From Paraspadella gotoi (lineage: Eukaryota > Animalia > Chaetognatha), in the NCBI GenBank assembly GCA_051294375.1, contig CM119264.1, forward strand, positions 28,304,188-28,354,912: a stretch of 50,725 nucleotides of DNA, in the 5' to 3' direction. The notes under the pieces were generated by a model. The model made no database searches, was not told the origin of the DNA, and saw nothing but the letters and a program-made list of their open reading frames with translations. Shown here one piece after another: positions 47,835-50,725 of this stretch (its first letter is position 1; the number at the start of each line of letters is the position of its first letter). Both the position numbers and the translations under genes were made by a program.

Positions 47835-48325
47835 TCTAACATTAAGGGGGGTTAACTATAACTGGTATAGATTGCACAAAATGTTATTTTATATTTTATA
47901 TATCAAAAAATTTCGGTTGAATTCTAATTAAAATTACTGGACTGTAGTCGAAAGAAAATGTATAGCCCAAAGGTTTCGTGTTTACAAGTAAACGTCGTTC
48001 CATTCATTACATTTCATTCATCATCATCATTATAAAGTAAACTGTCGTCATTCATACATTTCATTCATTCATTAACATTGTAACTGTAGTTCTTCATTAC
48101 ATTTCATTCATTCATTACAAGTAAACTGTCTTTCATCTCTTCCTCACCTTTCAATCGACGGTTCATGCGTCTTTCATTCGTCCATTCGCACTCGTTCCCT
48201 CATCGTTCACTGTGTTCATCGTTCACGTCGTCTTTCAACGGTCACGTTCACTGTTCGTCGATTGCACTCATCGTTCACTCGTCATTCATTCATCGTCACG
48301 TCGTCATTCACTCATCGTTCCTTCA
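38869..48325. other. mosaic of duplicated and inverted error-rich segments; probable gap-filling artefact
   Basis: 41170-42040 and 45110-45945 are reverse complements of 39220-40057; 46390-48325 of 36785-38690; 43600-44005 of 42388-42775. 44005-45085 repeats 40083-41160 directly; 42140-42387 appears identical to 38970-39219. 25-N gaps at 40058 and 42776. Confidence 0.85.
42428..42540 (+). mobile_element. DINE-1/Helentron-like element 5' part with (GTCG/GTCT)n tract
   Basis: tttttagttgctccgcgagtactattagtcact followed by (GGTC/GTCT)n; inverted noisy copy at 43850-43960. Confidence 0.45.
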
Positions 48326-48568
48326 GGGAGGAGGAAGGGGTCGACCCACGAGGCTCAAAGTCGCGGTCGACAGATTCGGTTGACCGAGAACCAAGCAGCT
48401 TTCATTTGCTTTCTTTTTTTTTCTTTTTTTTTGGTAGATTTTAAGAAAAGTCGAAAATTGAAGCATTTTTATTTACTAATATATTTTTCTTGTCAGTCAG
48501 TCAGTCTTTCTTTCTTTCATTCTGATCTTTCATTCTGATCTTTCATTCTCTTCTTATATTTTCTTCCT

Positions 48569-48619
<51 letters not shown>

Positions 48620-49464
48620 GTTTCTTCTTTACTTTCTTCTTTCATTCTCTCCTTCGATTTCGTTATTTCAGTTGGTTCACTTTTCTTTAGTTCTTTCCTT
48701 CTCCTCTTTCTGTCCTCTCATTCATCCGGTTTTTTCTTTCTGTCCCCTCTTACTCTTTTTCTTTCTTACTTTTATATCCTTTCCCACAATCACTTTCTGG
48801 CCCAGAGAACAACCAGAGAGAACTATTCCATTCCACAGATGATTTTACGATCCTCATTAATTTTGATCTGCGACGATTGAATCTCCGGATCTCATTGGCC
48901 TACGTTTCAATCCCCGGATGTCGTAGAGCGACTATGAGACGCTTGAATTTACGTTCTTACGAAAGGAGGAAATAGTTGGATCGAAAAGTTAATTGATTTT
49001 TTTCATTGTTCAATTTTCAACATACATGCTAAATTGGTATTAGTAAGGAAAGAAATTATTTAGAAACGTTTAACTTGATGGTAATAAAGTCAATGAGCGA
49101 ATTAAAATTATGCAGCGAATTATTAATTGGCAAATTAAGAATAAAATGTAATCAAACAGCAATACGAATATATCTTGGCGTTTCTGCCTTATTAAAAAGT
49201 ATCTTAGAATTAAAACTTAACATGATTCAGTTATCATATTTTCATATGGAGACGAAATAATGAAAGAAATAACAAATCAATGTCTTATTTTAATAATTAA
49301 TTTTTTTTTTACGAAACGATTAGAATAAAAGAAGTCCCGGCTTCGATAAGGAACAAAACCAGTTGTCCAGTTTTAGACTAACGAGAATCAATGGATGATC
49401 CTTACGAACCCCGATTCCGAGATTTAGGTCACTGGGCTTCAAACTGGATGGATTTTCTGGTTAG

Positions 49465-49526
<62 letters not shown>

Positions 49527-49991
49527 CGAGAAAAGGAAATGACCTAGTTTTTTTTGTGAGAATTTCAGAATCTGAAGGATGGGCAATAAAACGAACAATC
49601 TAACAAACTTTATGCATTATATTTGGTAAAGAAGTAAAATTCAAGCCAATCGATTCGGTTGATTTACCATTTGACAACTGACGATTCGGTTGAAAAAGTT
49701 AAAAACGGAATTAAAATTTCTAAACAAAAATCCACCCGATTTAAAAACTTCCTTACGCGCGAATCTCCTCGATTCAATTCATCGAATCTGAGCTTACGTT
49801 TAGGAAGTAACAGTTTATTAAATTTTTAACCGTTACAAACCGGACGTCTTCTGACGAAATAAACAGAAATAAATGAACCTAGGCCGTTGTCAAACGTTAA
49901 AACATGCGAAGTTAAACGAAATATAAATTGGCGTCAGAGTCTCAGACTGCTGACTCGATTTTGTACCAGGCAGTTATGTTCAGGGGACGAT

Positions 49992-50114
49992 AAATAGCGA
50001 AGAAATTGGGACACTGTGCAATGCGCACTGGAAATATAGCGAAGAAATTGGGACACTGTGCAATGCGCACTGGAGAAATAGCGAAGAAATTGGGACACTG
50101 TGCAATGCGCACTG
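49992..50114. repeat. three 42-bp tandem repeats (atagcgaagaaattgggacactgtgcaatgcgcactgg)
   Basis: tagcg recurs at 49995, 50037 and 50079. Confidence 0.9.
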
Positions 50115-50725
50115 GTCGGTTAAAGGATGACTGTTTATCGAGTGGAAACGTGACTTGAGTCTCGAAAATGTCATAAACATATTGGTTGTACTATCTTTAT
50201 ACATATTCCTACTTTCTTTTCAATTTAGTTTCCTGGTTTCCTTTCTTACTTTTCTTCTTTTATTTTATTTCCTATCATTTCTTCTAATTTGAGGAGAGGA
50301 CAAAAGGGAGTGGATGGAACCCAGTCGCCTCGCCTACCCAAAATCTGGAACCCGTTTTTGTTGCTTTCGATCGCCGGGACCAGTTTGGGTCGTGACTGAC
50401 CCCCGACGATGCCGACGATGCCGACGACGACGACGACGACGACGACGACGANNNNNNNNNNNNNNNNNNNNNNNNNNNNNNNNNNNNNNNNNNNNNNNNN
50501 NNNNNNNNNNNNNNNNNNNNNNNNNNNNNNNNNNNNNNNNNNNNNNNNNNNNNNNNNNNNNNNNNNNNNNNNNNNNNNNNNNNNNNNNNNNNNNNNNNNN
50601 NNNNNNNNNNNNNNNNNNNNNNNNNNNNNNNNNNNNNNNNNNTAAAAATGAAGTTAGTCGCCATTTTAATCGCCGTTTTCGCTCTGGGTAAGTCAGCTCT
50701 ATTGCTTTCCTGTTGTTGTTGTTGT

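Noticed and set aside
49992-50114. CRISPR-like array
   Set aside because: Only about 4 variable nt between 38-nt blocks; a plain tandem repeat.
48800-50451. Additional gene from GC-richer blocks at 48800-48970, 49390-49460, 49755-49800 and 50290-50450
   Set aside because: Splice-like sites exist on both strands, but I could not build a phase-consistent chain or choose a strand; needs RNA-seq.

Overview
Eukaryotic (probably invertebrate animal) AT-rich draft-genome sequence with GT-AG introns, dense microsatellites and many N gaps; no prokaryotic operons, CRISPR, rRNA or tRNA genes are visible. (1) A minus-strand F-box/leucine-rich-repeat gene can be spliced by hand from 11 phase-consistent exons (5976 down to 977, at least 669 aa; last exon uncertain). 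(2) A plus-strand, low-complexity multi-exon gene of unrecognised family has phase-compatible exons from 24616 to 32940, a probable terminal exon ending at 37752, and a probable first exon at 14057. (3) Small mobile elements are present: a TA-flanked Tc1/mariner-type MITE, a highly structured tRNA-derived SINE, three copies of a TIR element filled with TTAGG(G)-like repeats, and two (GTCY)n DINE-1/Helentron-like elements. (4) Much of 12.4-17.6 kb and 38.9-48.3 kb is indel-rich direct or inverted duplication beside exactly 25-N gaps, best explained as long-read gap-filling artefact. I found no convincing new multi-gene system. The best leads are the structured SINE, the telomere-like MITE family, the orphan repeat protein and the F-box N-terminal extension.
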